Positions 1 to 11,212 of a stretch of 38,332 nt of DNA are shown here, piece by piece. A program made the translations under genes and the position numbers. Below the pieces are notes generated by a model. It worked only from the letters and a program-made list of their open reading frames with translations. It was not told where the DNA came from and searched no databases. Position 1 is the first letter of the stretch; each line of letters starts with the position of its first letter. Origin of the DNA: Octopus bimaculoides (taxonomy: Eukaryota); contig NC_068998.1 of the NCBI RefSeq assembly GCF_001194135.2, forward strand, positions 8,892,517 to 8,930,848. The letters are read 5' to 3'.

Positions 1-63
<63 letters not shown>

Positions 64-72
64 CGTGTGTGT
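1..72. repeat. (GT)n microsatellite
   Basis: Near-pure GT dinucleotide run from the window start. Confidence 0.98.
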
Positions 73-465
73 TTGGAACACATGTAGGAAGCTCATAAGA
101 GGAAGCTTGCCATATACTAGGAGTTGGCAGAGCAGCGCCGAAATCTGAGCTAACAGGTTACGTTGTAAAGCATTTAAAACAAGTTGTTGGAGTTTTGTGA
201 GGCGGTCATTCTGACTGGGCTTGGAAGTTACTGGTGCCGCAAAGAAGACGGCCGTAAGTTCCATTACGGAAGCTGTTACAAAGGCCAATAGATGGTTTGG
301 GATAAAGAGATCAGACCAGTGGTTTTCTGCTGCTGGGATGCAATCTAGTTATTGATCAACCCCTACTGGGTCAACAGAGCGAGAGGGCCTGATGTTATTA
401 GACCCAGATTCCTCTGGGACTTCAAAAATATCACTGATGAGGCATCCCAGAGCATCCGTGAGATG
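73..465 (+). mobile_element. Decayed 3' end of a HERO-like (REL endonuclease) non-LTR retrotransposon
   Basis: Hand translation gives EAHKRKLAIY*ELAEQRR (from 88). After a frameshift it reads TSCWSFVRRSF*LGLEVTGAAKKTAVSSITEAVTKANRWFGIKRSDQW (179-324). This matches, from memory, the HERO-clade C-terminus (EAHERK..KY.EL...EVGCRGF...LG.TG..KR.AI...EAAE.ASRWLW.KR...W). It is followed by a 3'UTR-like TGATCAACCCC..CTGGGTCA..GAGGG.CTGATGTT...ATCACTGATGA..TCCCAG. Confidence 0.75.
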
Positions 466-965
466 TATCTTGGAACTTACTGCTTGGAAATTTAGATGGA
501 AGATATGTTTTACTATAACTTCAAACCACTCAAATCCATCATAGTAACTGGCTGCTTTTATACTCCAGACTTAATACTAATAATTTAATTTTATCGTTCT
601 CATCGGACTTCATAAGTCTTAGGATATCTTTCAAAACGGATTATAAATTTATCGAAAGTCCCTAAAGAATTATCTTTTAACATAACATGGCTGATTTCTA
701 ATGACGACAAAAATTGATCATAGTAACTTATGGAGTGTGAAAAAATCTCAGTACTTTGTAATTTCGAAAAGTTACTATTCAACCAAAGCTGTATTTCATA
801 CTCCAAAAGTTGTCATCAAACAATATCGTTTTCATCCACATTTTTTATGGTGAGGTACTCCTTTGACAGTCCAGTACGTACGTGAAACCGAACTCTCGCT
901 AAAACAACATGACATCTTAGAACATTCTATGATATAGTTACATCATATTTAATATGTTACTATCA

Positions 966-1100
966 GACAGGCGCGGGCAAGGCTGTGTGATTAAGAAGTT
1001 GGGTTTTCTTTTTTTTTTTTTGCAGAGGTAATCCGGGGCTCAGCCCCGCCGCATGGCGTCTTGGGCAAGTGTCTTCTGTTATAGTCCCGGGCCGACCAAT
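966..1100 (+). mobile_element. Family A tRNA-headed SINE, degenerate head
   Basis: GGCTGTGTGATTAAG...TTGGGCAAGTGTCTTCT..TATAG.CCCGGGCCGACCAA, shared with many copies in this window. Confidence 0.7.
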
Positions 1101-1374
1101 ATCCCGAACCCCAAACCCATCCTTAAACTTAGTCCTAAATCCTTCCTGGGCCACAAGCTGATGAGGATAGTTTCCCAGATTCTGCTGCGTATATAAATAA
1201 TCCCACCATCCTGGACAGGACGCCGGTCCGTCGCAGAATTNNNNNNNNNNCTTCTGTTATAGTCCCGGGCCGACCAATATCCCGAACCCCAAACCCATCC
1301 TTAAACTTAGTCCTAAATCCTTCCTGGGCCACAAGCTGATGAGGATAGTTTCCCAGATTCTGCTGCGTATATAA

Positions 1375-1591
1375 ATAATCCCACCATCCTGGACAGGACG
1401 CCGGTCCGTCGCAGAATTAATCACTGCTTTTTTTTCTTTTTCTTTTTTTTTTTTTTGCCTCAGACGAGTGGACTGGGGCAGCGTGAAATGAAGTGCTTCG
1501 CTCAAGAACACAACGCGCAGCCCGGTTCGGGAATTGAAACCATGATCTCACAATCACGAGTCCAACACTCTAAACACTAAGCCGCGCACTT

Positions 1592-1595
<4 letters not shown>
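1375..1595 (-). mobile_element. Family D tRNA-headed SINE
   Basis: Reverse complement has GGCTTAGTGTTTAGAGTGTTGGACTC (A-box-like), GGTTTCAATTCC (B-box-like) and GTGTTCTTGAGC. It matches the copies at 11213 and 17910. Confidence 0.7.
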
Positions 1596-1626
<31 letters not shown>

Positions 1627-1798
1627 GGTGGTAGAGGACTGTTGCCACGATTTGTCAACTATTATTCATTGTTCAATGATTTTTCTCAATCGATTCACAC
1701 CACAACACCGGTATTTCTACATTGTGTGTGTGCTGATGCATAGATGTATACATGCCTTTAAGAACGTGTGTGTGTATATATACATACATACATACATG

Positions 1799-1833
<35 letters not shown>

Positions 1834-2062
1834 ATAAACATTATTATATATTATATATTGTGTGTATGCGTACACACATGCATACACACACACACAGACA
1901 CACATCATCATCATCATCTCTATCGATTTAGCTATACATTCTCTCGTTACTTATCTATCTATATACACTCACCCTCTCTTTATATATTTATTTTCTCTTT
2001 CTCTATCAGCCCATCTATCCACACGCACACACGCATGCACGTATACACACACATACACTCAT

Positions 2063-2103
<41 letters not shown>

Positions 2104-2166
2104 ATTTCCGTATACTATATATATATATATATTATATTATAGTATATCTATTTATATACACGTGTT

Positions 2167-2203
<37 letters not shown>

Positions 2204-2220
2204 GTATGTATGTATGTATG

Positions 2221-2259
<39 letters not shown>

Positions 2260-2478
2260 TACAAATATTATCTGAGTATATGCATATATACGTACATGTA
2301 TGTACATACCTACATCTACATGTATATATAGATGCATATCTGGGCACAGGACGTTGCAAAAAAAACATGGACAAAATGATAAACGGAGTACAGAAAACAC
2401 ACAGGCCTAGCATACACATACATGTATATATATGTATATATGTATGTATGTACTTATGTATGTATGCATGTATGTGTG

Positions 2479-2527
<49 letters not shown>

Positions 2528-2660
2528 TAAATAGATAGATAGACAGAGAGAGAGAGCTAGAAAGATAGATACATTATACGCATATGCATGCACATTCACA
2601 TATGCATGCATGTATGTATGTATGTATGTATGCATGTATATATATATATATATGCGTACG
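1596..2660. repeat. Compound microsatellite field: (CA)n, (TACA)n, (TA)n, (GT)n, (GATA)n
   Basis: Directly visible. Confidence 0.95.
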
Positions 2661-2691
2661 AACGTTTTTAGAAGGCGGACCATTGGCAGAC

Positions 2692-2850
2692 TCGTTACCG
2701 CTTTGGGCAAAATACGTTTGCGGTTATACGTTCCGGCTTTTTGCGCCTTGTGTTCGAACTTCGCTGAGGTCAGCTTTGCTTTTCAACCTTTTCATGGGGT
2801 CGATAAATAGAAAAACCAGTCAAATGCTAAAAATTGATTCGTCTTATTCT
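2692..2850 (+). mobile_element. Family C tRNA-headed SINE, degenerate
   Basis: GTTCGAACTTCGCTGAGGTCAGCTTTGCTTTTCAACCTTTT..GGGGTCGATAAAT matches the family C core (see 14705, 15390). Confidence 0.65.
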
Positions 2851-2987
2851 GTAGAAATGGGTTGTGTTCAGGCTTGGATCCTAGTTGGGGGTGGGCTTTG
2901 CTAAGTTTTAAAAATTCTCAAGATATGCCATATGTTACGACGATGCCCCCAACAAATGCTTCGGGATTTGAGAGTTCCGCCACCACC

Positions 2988-3186
2988 ATATCTATCTATC
3001 TATCTATCTGTCTATCTATATATAATTTTTACGCCCATTCTTCATAGTCATATATTTCCATCTATAAAGTGTAGTTAGTTATCTATTCATCTTTACTCTT
3101 TCTCTCTCGCTTTCTCTCTCTCTCTCACTCTGTCTCTCTATGTACTTATTTTTCTGTATTGCGACTATCTATCCATCTGTCTATCC

Positions 3187-3221
<35 letters not shown>

Positions 3222-3230
3222 CATCCATCC

Positions 3231-3269
<39 letters not shown>

Positions 3270-3324
3270 CTTCTAATCCCTCTATCTATCTATTTGTTTC
3301 TCTACCTCTGTCTATCCATCGCTA

Positions 3325-3377
<53 letters not shown>

Positions 3378-3460
3378 ATCTATCTGTCTCTCTAACCATC
3401 TATCTATCTATCCTTTTATCTCTCTATCTGTCCGTCCGTCCATCCATCCATCCATCCATT
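2988..3460. repeat. (TCTA)n/(TCCA)n/(CT)n field
   Basis: Directly visible. Confidence 0.95.
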
Positions 3461-3930
3461 ATTTCTCTTTTCTTTTTTCTCTCTGTGCGTCACCCCATCT
3501 CTCCATCCACCTATATATGTATTCACAATACCTTATCCATTCATTCATCCATTGATATTGTCTGTCAATCATATTATAATAGCCATTCATACAATTCATA
3601 GATACATCCAAAAGCTCTCCAAAAACTCGTTTTTGCAATACAAATAATAAACAAACACAACTTGAATGACAGAAGAAAGGAGGGAAAAATGGAAAATGGA
3701 ACGGAAAATGATGACGACGACTACACATGCGAAGAAAATGCGCGCGCGCCGCGCGCAACATACATTATCTGCCTTGTGTCAGTTATTGGGAAGCGGCCAT
3801 ACTGGGGCACTGTTTTGAAATACTTAATTTATTTTAAAGCATGGTAGATTTTACTTTTTACCGAACCGCTAAGTTACGATGACGTAAACAAACCAACACC
3901 AGATGTGAAGCAGTGTTCACACGCACACAC

Positions 3931-3985
<55 letters not shown>

Positions 3986-4875
3986 NNNNNNNNNNNNNNN
4001 NNNNNNNNNNNNNNNNNNNNNNNNNNNNNNNNNNNNNNNNNNNNNNNNNNNNNNNNNNNNNNNNNNNNNNNNNNNNNNNNNNNNNNNNNNNNNNNNNNNN
4101 NNNNNNNNNNNNNNNNNNNNNNNNNNNNNNNNNNNNNNNNNNNNNNNNNNNNNNNNNNNNNNNNNNNNNNNNNNNNNNNNNNNNNNNNNNNNNNNNNNNN
4201 NNNNNNNNNNNNNNNNNNNNNNNNNNNNNNNNNNNNNNNNNNNNNNNNNNNNNNNNNNNNNNNNNNNNNNNNNNNNNNNNNNNNNNNNNNNNNNNNNNNN
4301 NNNNNNNNNNNNNNNNNNNNNNNNNNNNNNNNNNNNNNNNNNNNNNNNNNNNNNNNNNNNNNNNNNNNNNNNNNNNNNNNNNNNNNNNNNNNNNNNNNNN
4401 NNNNNNNNNNNNNNNNNNNNNNNNNNNNNNNNNNNNNNNNNNNNNNNNNNNNNNNNNNNNNNNNNNNNNNNNNNNNNNNNNNNNNNNNNNNNNNNNNNNN
4501 NNNNNNNNNNNNNNNNNNNNNNNNNNNNNNNNNNNNNNNNNNNNNNNNNNNNNNNNNNNNNNNNNNNNNNNNNNNNNNNNNNNNNNNNNNNNNNNNNNNN
4601 NNNNNNNNNNNNNNNNNNNNNNNNNNNNNNNNNNNNNNNNNNNNNNNNNNNNNNNNNNNNNNNNNNNNNNNNNNNNNNNNNNNNNNNNNNNNNNNNNNNN
4701 NNNNNNNNNNNNNNNNNNNNNNNNNNNNNNNNNNNNNNNNNNNNNNNNNNNNNNNNNNNNNNNNNNNNNNNNNNNNNNNNNNNNNNNNNNNNNNNNNNNN
4801 NNNNNNNNNNNNNNNNNNNNNNNNNNNNNNNNNNNNNNNNNNNNNNNNNNNNNNNNNNNNNNNNNNNNNNNNNNC

Positions 4876-5122
4876 TTTAAGAATTAAAAAAAAAAAACAA
4901 TAACTTCTGCGTTTGATTCGTTTGACTAAAACCATTCAAGGTGGTGCTCCAGTATAGCCGCAGTCTAATGACTGAGACAGGTAAAAGATTAAAAGATAAG
5001 ATACAACAGGTAAGAAAGAAAAAGGAAAAGAAAACAAAGAATTTAGTCAAATAAAGCTTATATTCTCACCATTAGCTCTCGCATATATCTATATCCATAT
5101 CTCTCTGCCTGTCTATTTATAA

Positions 5123-5190
<68 letters not shown>

Positions 5191-5510
5191 GTTTATCTGT
5201 CTGTAAATCTATATACGTGTATGTGCTTGTCATTTGTTTGTGTGTATGTGTATTGTGTATTGTGTGTGTGTCTTTGTGTTTGTCCCTCCACATCAGCCAC
5301 CACCGCTTGACAACCTGTGTTGGTGTGTTTACGTCCCCGTAATTTCTAGCGGTTCGGTGAATACACCGACGGAAATATACCAGGCTTTCAAAAAAAAAAG
5401 AACAAAAAAAAAAACAAAAGCAGAAATTAAAACTTGAGTCAATTCGCTCGACTAAAATTCAAAAGCGGTGTTCCAGCATGGCCGCACTCTAACGACAGAA
5501 ACAAAAAATA
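4876..5510 (+). mobile_element. Two 3' (B) modules of the composite A/B SINE separated by (TCTA)n/(TG)n
   Basis: GGTGCTCCAG.ATAGCCGCAGTC.AATGACTGA at ~4940-4975. CGCTTGACAACC..TGTTGGTGTGTTTACGTCCCCGTAA...CCAGCATGGCCGCA at 5268-5510. Confidence 0.7.
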
Positions 5511-5585
5511 TATATACATATATATAAACATACATACATATATTTACTTGTATACACATACATATTCATGTACTTATATGTACCC

Positions 5586-5592
5586 TGTAGAT

Positions 5593-5659
<67 letters not shown>

Positions 5660-5660
5660 T
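5586..5660. repeat. (GATA)n microsatellite
   Basis: Directly visible. Confidence 0.98.
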
Positions 5661-6812
5661 TACATATAAATTATGATGGATTGATTGATGTTCCGCTCCG
5701 CCCATATATTTACTCTTCCTACCACCATCAGCATCATCACTTATACCACTGCTACCATCATCAATACATGTCCTCATACTCACACTCACACGTGCACTCA
5801 CTTTTGCCTCACTCATACTTCGGCAACACGACGATGCTAACGTTACGAAGCGACAACAAAAACTCTGGCTGTACATCATGTTTTCTCCAGTCACAGACCG
5901 ATTCTCGCCGGAGACAACGGATCTTATTATAAAACGGAACCACAACTGCAAGCAAAAGCTTTTAATTACCGGGGAAAAATTGTTTTGAGGAGACAAAACC
6001 GAAAGCGAAAGCAGGAAAAGGATGATCAATTTTGCATTAGTTTTATTTAACGAAAGAAGAAAAATTTCACACACAACACATATAGCATAATGCATACATA
6101 TATATATAATATATATGTGTAATATATATATGAAATAATATATATATACTTACACACACACACACTTATACACATTTATATACACATACACGAATATATA
6201 TATATATATATANNNNNNNNNNTAGAGTACCCCCAAAAAAATCCCACGCACTCCTGCAAGGAAAAACACCCCAGGATTTAATTACGAATCTGTTTTTAAT
6301 TTAACTAAGCTATCATAAAGATGACAAAATTATTATTATTATTATTTATGTCATTATTATCATTATATAAACGTCATTGGAGTTTACAATAATAAACGTT
6401 ATCATTAGAAGTTATAATAATAATAATAATAATTATTATAATTGTTATTGTTATATACTGGGAAAACAAAATATTTGCCGAAACTAACAGCCAAACAAGC
6501 TAAAAGAAGGGAAAAAAAGGCGAGAAGGAAAAAAGTGAATGCAAAATATAAAAAAAGTTTTTCGGAATCAAAAGTAAGAAAACGGGGGGAAAAAAAACAA
6601 AAATAAAAGGAAGCGATTTTACTTTTATCAAAGAATTTAAAACAGTTTTTGTTGCGTAATAAAAAGCAACAACTACTTCTCTTTTTACCTGGAAAACAGA
6701 ATACAAAAGAAAAAATATATTAATGAAACGAATGACGAAAACGAATGAATAAGCGGAAAAAGGAAAAAAAATCCAAAATTAATATTTCTATTTTCAGTTT
6801 CGGTGTAAGTTT

Positions 6813-6817
6813 TATTA

Positions 6818-6861
<44 letters not shown>

Positions 6862-6862
6862 T
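6813..6862. repeat. (ATT)n microsatellite (similar tracts at ~6410-6450 and ~7088-7140)
   Basis: Directly visible. Confidence 0.95.
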
Positions 6863-7086
6863 TATGTTTGACTTTTGCTTTGCATTTGTACAAGTTGGAT
6901 CCAAGTCTCACCCAGAGGCCTCAAGAGACAAGTTAGAAGTTCATGTAGGTGTTATGCCTAGGGTACCATATATTTGGATTTGTACATAGTGTTGTTCTAG
7001 AGAATGTTTAAGAAACCATAAGAAAATTATGTGTTTGTTTTAAAATTTGAGATCACATAGACAGTATTTTACGTAGGATATGGGCA

Positions 7087-7133
<47 letters not shown>

Positions 7134-7549
7134 TGTTATTATTTATTCTTATTTGTAAAAAAAGTACTTTGTATGACATATATAAATATAATTTGGTAAA
7201 ACTACACAACACCACCACCACCCCGAACAACTCTGAAGTTCGTTTCCTCATAACTTTCTGAAAAATGGATGTTTTTGTTTTTGCATGAGGAAACAAAGTT
7301 GACACAGCGTGTTTGATCATCCGAAACTCCTCTCGCCCACCTAATTTTCTTTTTTTTTTTTCTTGTTCCACACCAAATTCTGATATAAGCATAAATCTAT
7401 ACAATCTCATCTGTATTTGTAGAAAATCTCGATGAAAAAAAAAAATATTCATCTTTTAGAAATTTATGAGAGAAAACACCGGTGGGGGAAGACCACACGT
7501 GCTTAGTTATGTCTAATATTTTTGTGTGTGGCCCTTAAACGCTATGATC

Positions 7550-7690
7550 CTTTCTAATATAGGCACAAAGCCAGTAATCTGGAGGAGGGGACTTGTAGAT
7601 TACATCGACCCCACTCAACTGGTACTTTATTTCATCTACCCCCGAAAGGATGAACGAGAAAGTTGACCTGGCGGAATTTCGATTCAATAA
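7550..7690 (-). mobile_element. Family C SINE fragment
   Basis: GATTACATCGACCCC..AACTGGTACTT.ATTTCATC.ACCCCCGAAAGGATGAA...GACCT.GGCGGAATTT, same as 15390-15570. Confidence 0.75.
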
Positions 7691-7702
7691 TAATAATAAT
7701 AA

Positions 7703-8093
7703 TCTCTTTTACTCTTTTACTTGTTTCAGTCATTTGATTGCGGCCATGCTGGAGCACCGCCTTTAGTCGAGCAAATCGACCTCAGGNNNNNNNNNNNNNN
7801 NNNNNNNNNNNNNNNNNNNNNNNNNNNNNNNNNNNNNNNNNNNNNNNNNNNNNNNNNNNNNNNNNNNNNNNNNNNNNNNNNNNAAACACAGACACACAAA
7901 CACACACACATATATACATATATATACATATATGCGACGGGCTTCTTTCAGTTTCCGTCTACCAAATCCACTCACAAGGCTTTGGTCGGCCCGAGGCTAT
8001 AGAAGACACCTGCCCAAGGTGCCACGCAGTGGGACTGAACCCGGAACCATATGGTTGGGAAGCAAGCTACTTCCACACGGCCACTCCTGCGCC
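7703..8093 (-). mobile_element. Composite A/B SINE spanning an N gap
   Basis: B tail CTCTTTTACTCTTTTACTTGTTTCAGTC at 7703. Well-preserved A head at 7935-8093 with A-box-like and B-box-like (GGTTCAGTCCC) motifs on the minus strand. Confidence 0.85.
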
Positions 8094-8149
8094 TTTATTA
8101 TATATATATTTTTAAAGTTCTTACAATTATAATTATTATCACAGAATCT

Positions 8150-8820
8150 AAAGCGGCGAGCAAGCAGAACTATTCCGAGTTCAATTTCCACCGAGGTCAA
8201 CTTTGCTTTCATCCTTTCGGAGGATCGATAAAATAAATAAGCACCTGTCAAGAACTGTGATCGATTAAATTGACAGCGGAGGTAAAGAATACGCACACTA
8301 CCCGTTTTCGGCGTAGCAAAGACCCACCCTCACCCTAAACCCTAATCCTAACCTTCGCCAAATCAAGTTATCTCTTCCTCTGAAATTGCTGGCCTTGTGC
8401 CCATAGTGGAAATGATTATTATGGCAGTCTCGTTAGAGCAATGGAAAAAAAAATACCTTTCAGAATTCAGTATTTCTCCTGGCTCTTCCCCGTTCTGAGT
8501 TCAAATACCGTTGAAGTCACCTGCCTTTCATTCCTCTGAACTCATAAAATAAAGCTCCGGCTCGAAGTACTAAAGCTGAAGGCATCGACCAACTCTTCCC
8601 CTCGAAAAAGCTGGCCTTGCACGTAAATCAGAGGCTATTCTTCACAAGGTGTCGTAAAGTTGTTTTGCCGTACCTCATCAGGCTCTTTGCGATTCGAGTT
8701 CAAATCCCGACCAAGTCAACTTTTCTTTTCATGCACCTGAGGTCGATATAATGCTGTAACCAGCGAAGTACTGACCCATCCTCTCAAGACCGCTGGCCAT
8801 GTTCTTCAATTGGAAACCAT
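8150..8820 (+). mobile_element. Three successive family C SINE copies (~8150-8280, ~8425-8640, ~8640-8820)
   Basis: Each has GAGTTCAAAT.CC.CCGA.GTCAAC..TGCTTTCAT and most end in GCTGGCCTTG. Confidence 0.7.
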
Positions 8821-8842
8821 TACTATACTCATTTTCGTATAG

Positions 8843-8873
<31 letters not shown>

Positions 8874-9202
8874 GTTTGTCTGTCTGTCTACATACATGTA
8901 TGTATATATGTGTGTGTGTATACGAAGGTGCAGAGTTAACCAAGTGATTAAGAAACTTGCTCCTTATTCGGAGTCTCGTGTTCAGTCCCACTGCATGACA
9001 TGTTAGCCATGTTTCTTCCGTAGGCTTGATCAATATTTCATAACTGAAATTTAGTCGATAAAAGCTGTGCAACTGCCTTTAACATTTATACAACAGTGTG
9101 TATCTACACCCACACTTGTATATACTTCGGTTTGTATGTTTATGTAATATATATATATATACACACTGGAGAATGTGTGAGATCTTTCGTAGAGTCAGTT
9201 AT

Positions 9203-9380
9203 ATTTGAAAAAAATAAAAAGAATGGCTTCAGTGGTAGTTCTAATCAGTTTAATTCATTATTCATTAATTTTTTAATAATATAGATCTATGAAGTAAAAT
9301 TTATATTATTAAAAAACTTCAAAACATAAATTAAACTGATTAGAACTACCAATGAAGTCATTCTTTTTCTTTTCTCAAAT
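9203..9380. repeat. AT-rich imperfect palindrome (fold-back / MITE-like)
   Basis: AAAAAGAATGGCTTCAGTGGTAGTTCTAATCAGTTTAATT pairs with AATTAAACTGATTAGAACTACCAATGAAGTCATTCTTTTT. An inner perfect 15-bp pair TTTTTTAATAATATA (9269-9283) / TATATTATTAAAAAA (9302-9316) closes the structure. Confidence 0.85.
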
Positions 9381-9574
9381 TGAAATTTCAACCTGATTTT
9401 CCCGTTTTGTTATTTGCAATTTTCCCAATTTTACAGTTTTATACATTATTCTATTATTATAATATTGTAAAAATTGCAAATAATAAAACGTGAAAATCAG
9501 ACCAGCCTGGAATTCCATTGACTTATATATTCTTCTATACACCGTCATACTAACTCGTGTATGTATGTATGTAT

Positions 9575-10002
9575 GGCGAGCTTTCGATACCAGTCCGAAA
9601 TATCGGCCTTTTCCGTAAAAAGTGTCTTCAGCGATCTTTACCAAAGATCGGCTTTTCCGTAAGAAGTGTTGGAGGGAAAGAGGGAAACGACGTCGTGAAA
9701 CCGAAAGAGATAGAGAGAGCGCGATTTCTTTTGAAGGGTTTAGGGTTAGGGTTTTAGGGCTAGGGTTTGGGTTTTAGGGTTTGGGTTCGGGAATTCCGTC
9801 CGTAACCATAACCCTAACCCTAAACACTAACCCTAACCCTAAAACTAACCCTAAAATCCTAACCATGACACTAAAACCCTAACCCTAACACCCTAGTGAA
9901 GATCGTGTGGGTATTACGGAAAAGGCCGATCTTTGCTAAAGATCGCCGAAGACACTTTTTACGGAAAAGGCCGATATTTCTGACTGGTATCGAAAGATCG
10001 CC
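9575..10002. mobile_element. Non-autonomous TIR element (MITE) with converging telomere-like tracts
   Basis: Arms 9575-9662 and 9914-10002 are reverse complements with only a few mismatches/indels. AT flanks both ends (9573-74, 10003-04). The interior has TTAGGG-like repeats at 9736-9791 and CCCTAA-like repeats at 9803-9895. Confidence 0.85.
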
Positions 10003-10044
10003 ATGTTATATCTGGTACTGAATCTCTTCATATTAAAAGACAAC

Positions 10045-10275
10045 TGACTGGCACTCCGTCGGTTACGAAGGCGAAGATTCCAATTGATGCGATCAACGTA
10101 AATTAACGTGAAAGTGGCTGAGCACTCCACAGACAATGTGACTCAGAATGTGATCAGGCTGGGCCCTTTGAAATACAGACACTACTCATTTTTACCAGCT
10201 GAGTGGACTGCGGCAACGTGAAATAACGTGTCTTGCCCAACGACACAACGCGCTGCTAGGGATTAGAACTCACAG
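10045..10275 (-). mobile_element. Family D SINE with extended 3' body
   Basis: Reverse complement of the 18585-18905 copy (CTCATTTTTACCAGCTGAGTGGACTG, GTGGCTGAGCACTCCACAGACA). Confidence 0.7.
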
Positions 10276-10449
10276 CCTTAGGATTACTAAGACATGTACG
10301 TTCACTTTAAAAGCATGACTAGCATTAAGATAAATGATTAATAAGGTGAGTGCCAAGCTGACATGAATGCTGGAATTAATATGATTTTACTAGAAACTAA
10401 AAGCCTTTCAAGATACGGTTCAGTGATCGAAATCCGGAAGGGCCGTAAG

Positions 10450-10612
10450 GTACAGGCATGGCGATGTGGATAAGGGGCTCGTTTTGCAATCATGTGGTTT
10501 CAGGTTCAGTCCCTCAACGCGGCACCGTATGCAAATGTCTTCTACTCTAGCCCCAGGCTGATCAATGCCTCGTGAGTGTATCTGGTAGACGGAAACTCAA
10601 AGAAACCTGTCT
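10450..10612 (+). mobile_element. Family A SINE head, interrupted downstream by an R4-like insertion
   Basis: GGCATGGCGATGTGG...GGTTCAGTCCC...GGTAGACGGAAACT.AAAGAAACC followed by (TATG)n. Confidence 0.75.
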
Positions 10613-10632
10613 GTATGTATTATGTATGTATG

Positions 10633-11207
10633 TCCTTATTCAGTTTATTTCGAGATTTCTTGCCAATAGAGAAAAGGCCGGTTTCTAGCCTAGATCCAAG
10701 GCACCTTCATTTGAATTTCGACATCAACAACAAGTTCCAGTGAAGGAGTGAATCTGTAGTCTTCGAATTAGCTTTCTCCTTTCTGGTTTTGAGAAGCCTA
10801 ATTTCTCAAGATTGATATTTAGGCAGTGTGCTACATATCTCAGGGCACCAATAATTACAGGTATAAACCTGAACTTCTAATCCAGATAGAGTAACTGCAG
10901 ACTTCTCAATAGTTCAGCATAGGTGTACTTTTTTTCCCTGATCTTCAGCTTTATGTTAACATCCGCTGGGCAGCTAATTTCCACGACTGTGCACAGTTTC
11001 TCTTCTCTATCCCAAATCATTATATCAGGTCTGTTGGGCTTACATTTTATTGAGGTCTTCACTGAGACATTCCACCAGTATTCCTTTTTATTATGAGTGG
11101 CCATGGTTTCTACCATATTGTGGGTTCTTATTTCTTTATCCTCGGGATTATCCTTCCGACGGATTTCATTATAGAGTGTCCTAGCTATAACATCATGTCT
11201 CCTCGAT
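10633..11207 (-). mobile_element. 3' fragment of an R4/Dong-like (REL endonuclease) non-LTR retrotransposon
   Basis: One frame on the minus strand reads SRRHDVIARTLYNEIRR...EYWWNVSVKTSIKCKPNRPDIMIWDREEKLCTVVEISCPADVNIKLKIREKKYTYAELL...LYLD*KFRFIPVIIGAL. It shows the RHD motif, the RPD..(D/E)-x-x-P restriction-like endonuclease core and the EK..KY..L and IPV.IGAL motifs, with one in-frame stop. Confidence 0.85.
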
Positions 11208-11212
11208 GTATG

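Noticed and set aside
600-880. 68-aa minus-strand ORF (MEYEIQLWLNS...)
   Set aside because: It has a non-ATG start, upstream in-frame stops, no recognisable motif and no convincing splice sites.
434-1345. CTGATGAG motifs (~434, ~1158, ~1336) as hammerhead cores
   Set aside because: No helix II followed by GAAA downstream.
1073-1418. Exact 168-bp direct duplication (1073-1240 and 1251-1418)
   Set aside because: Identical copies on either side of a 10-N gap are the typical unmerged contig-overlap artefact.
5680-6810. Possible promoter or UTR exons (GC-box CCGCCC ~5697, minus-strand acceptor-like TTTTCCAG ~6690, plus-strand GTAAGT ~6804)
   Set aside because: Isolated motifs are expected by chance in such T/A-rich DNA, and no transcript evidence is available.
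9736-9895. Ancient chromosome end-to-end fusion site
   Set aside because: The tracts are short and enclosed by matching TIRs, which is better explained as transposon cargo.
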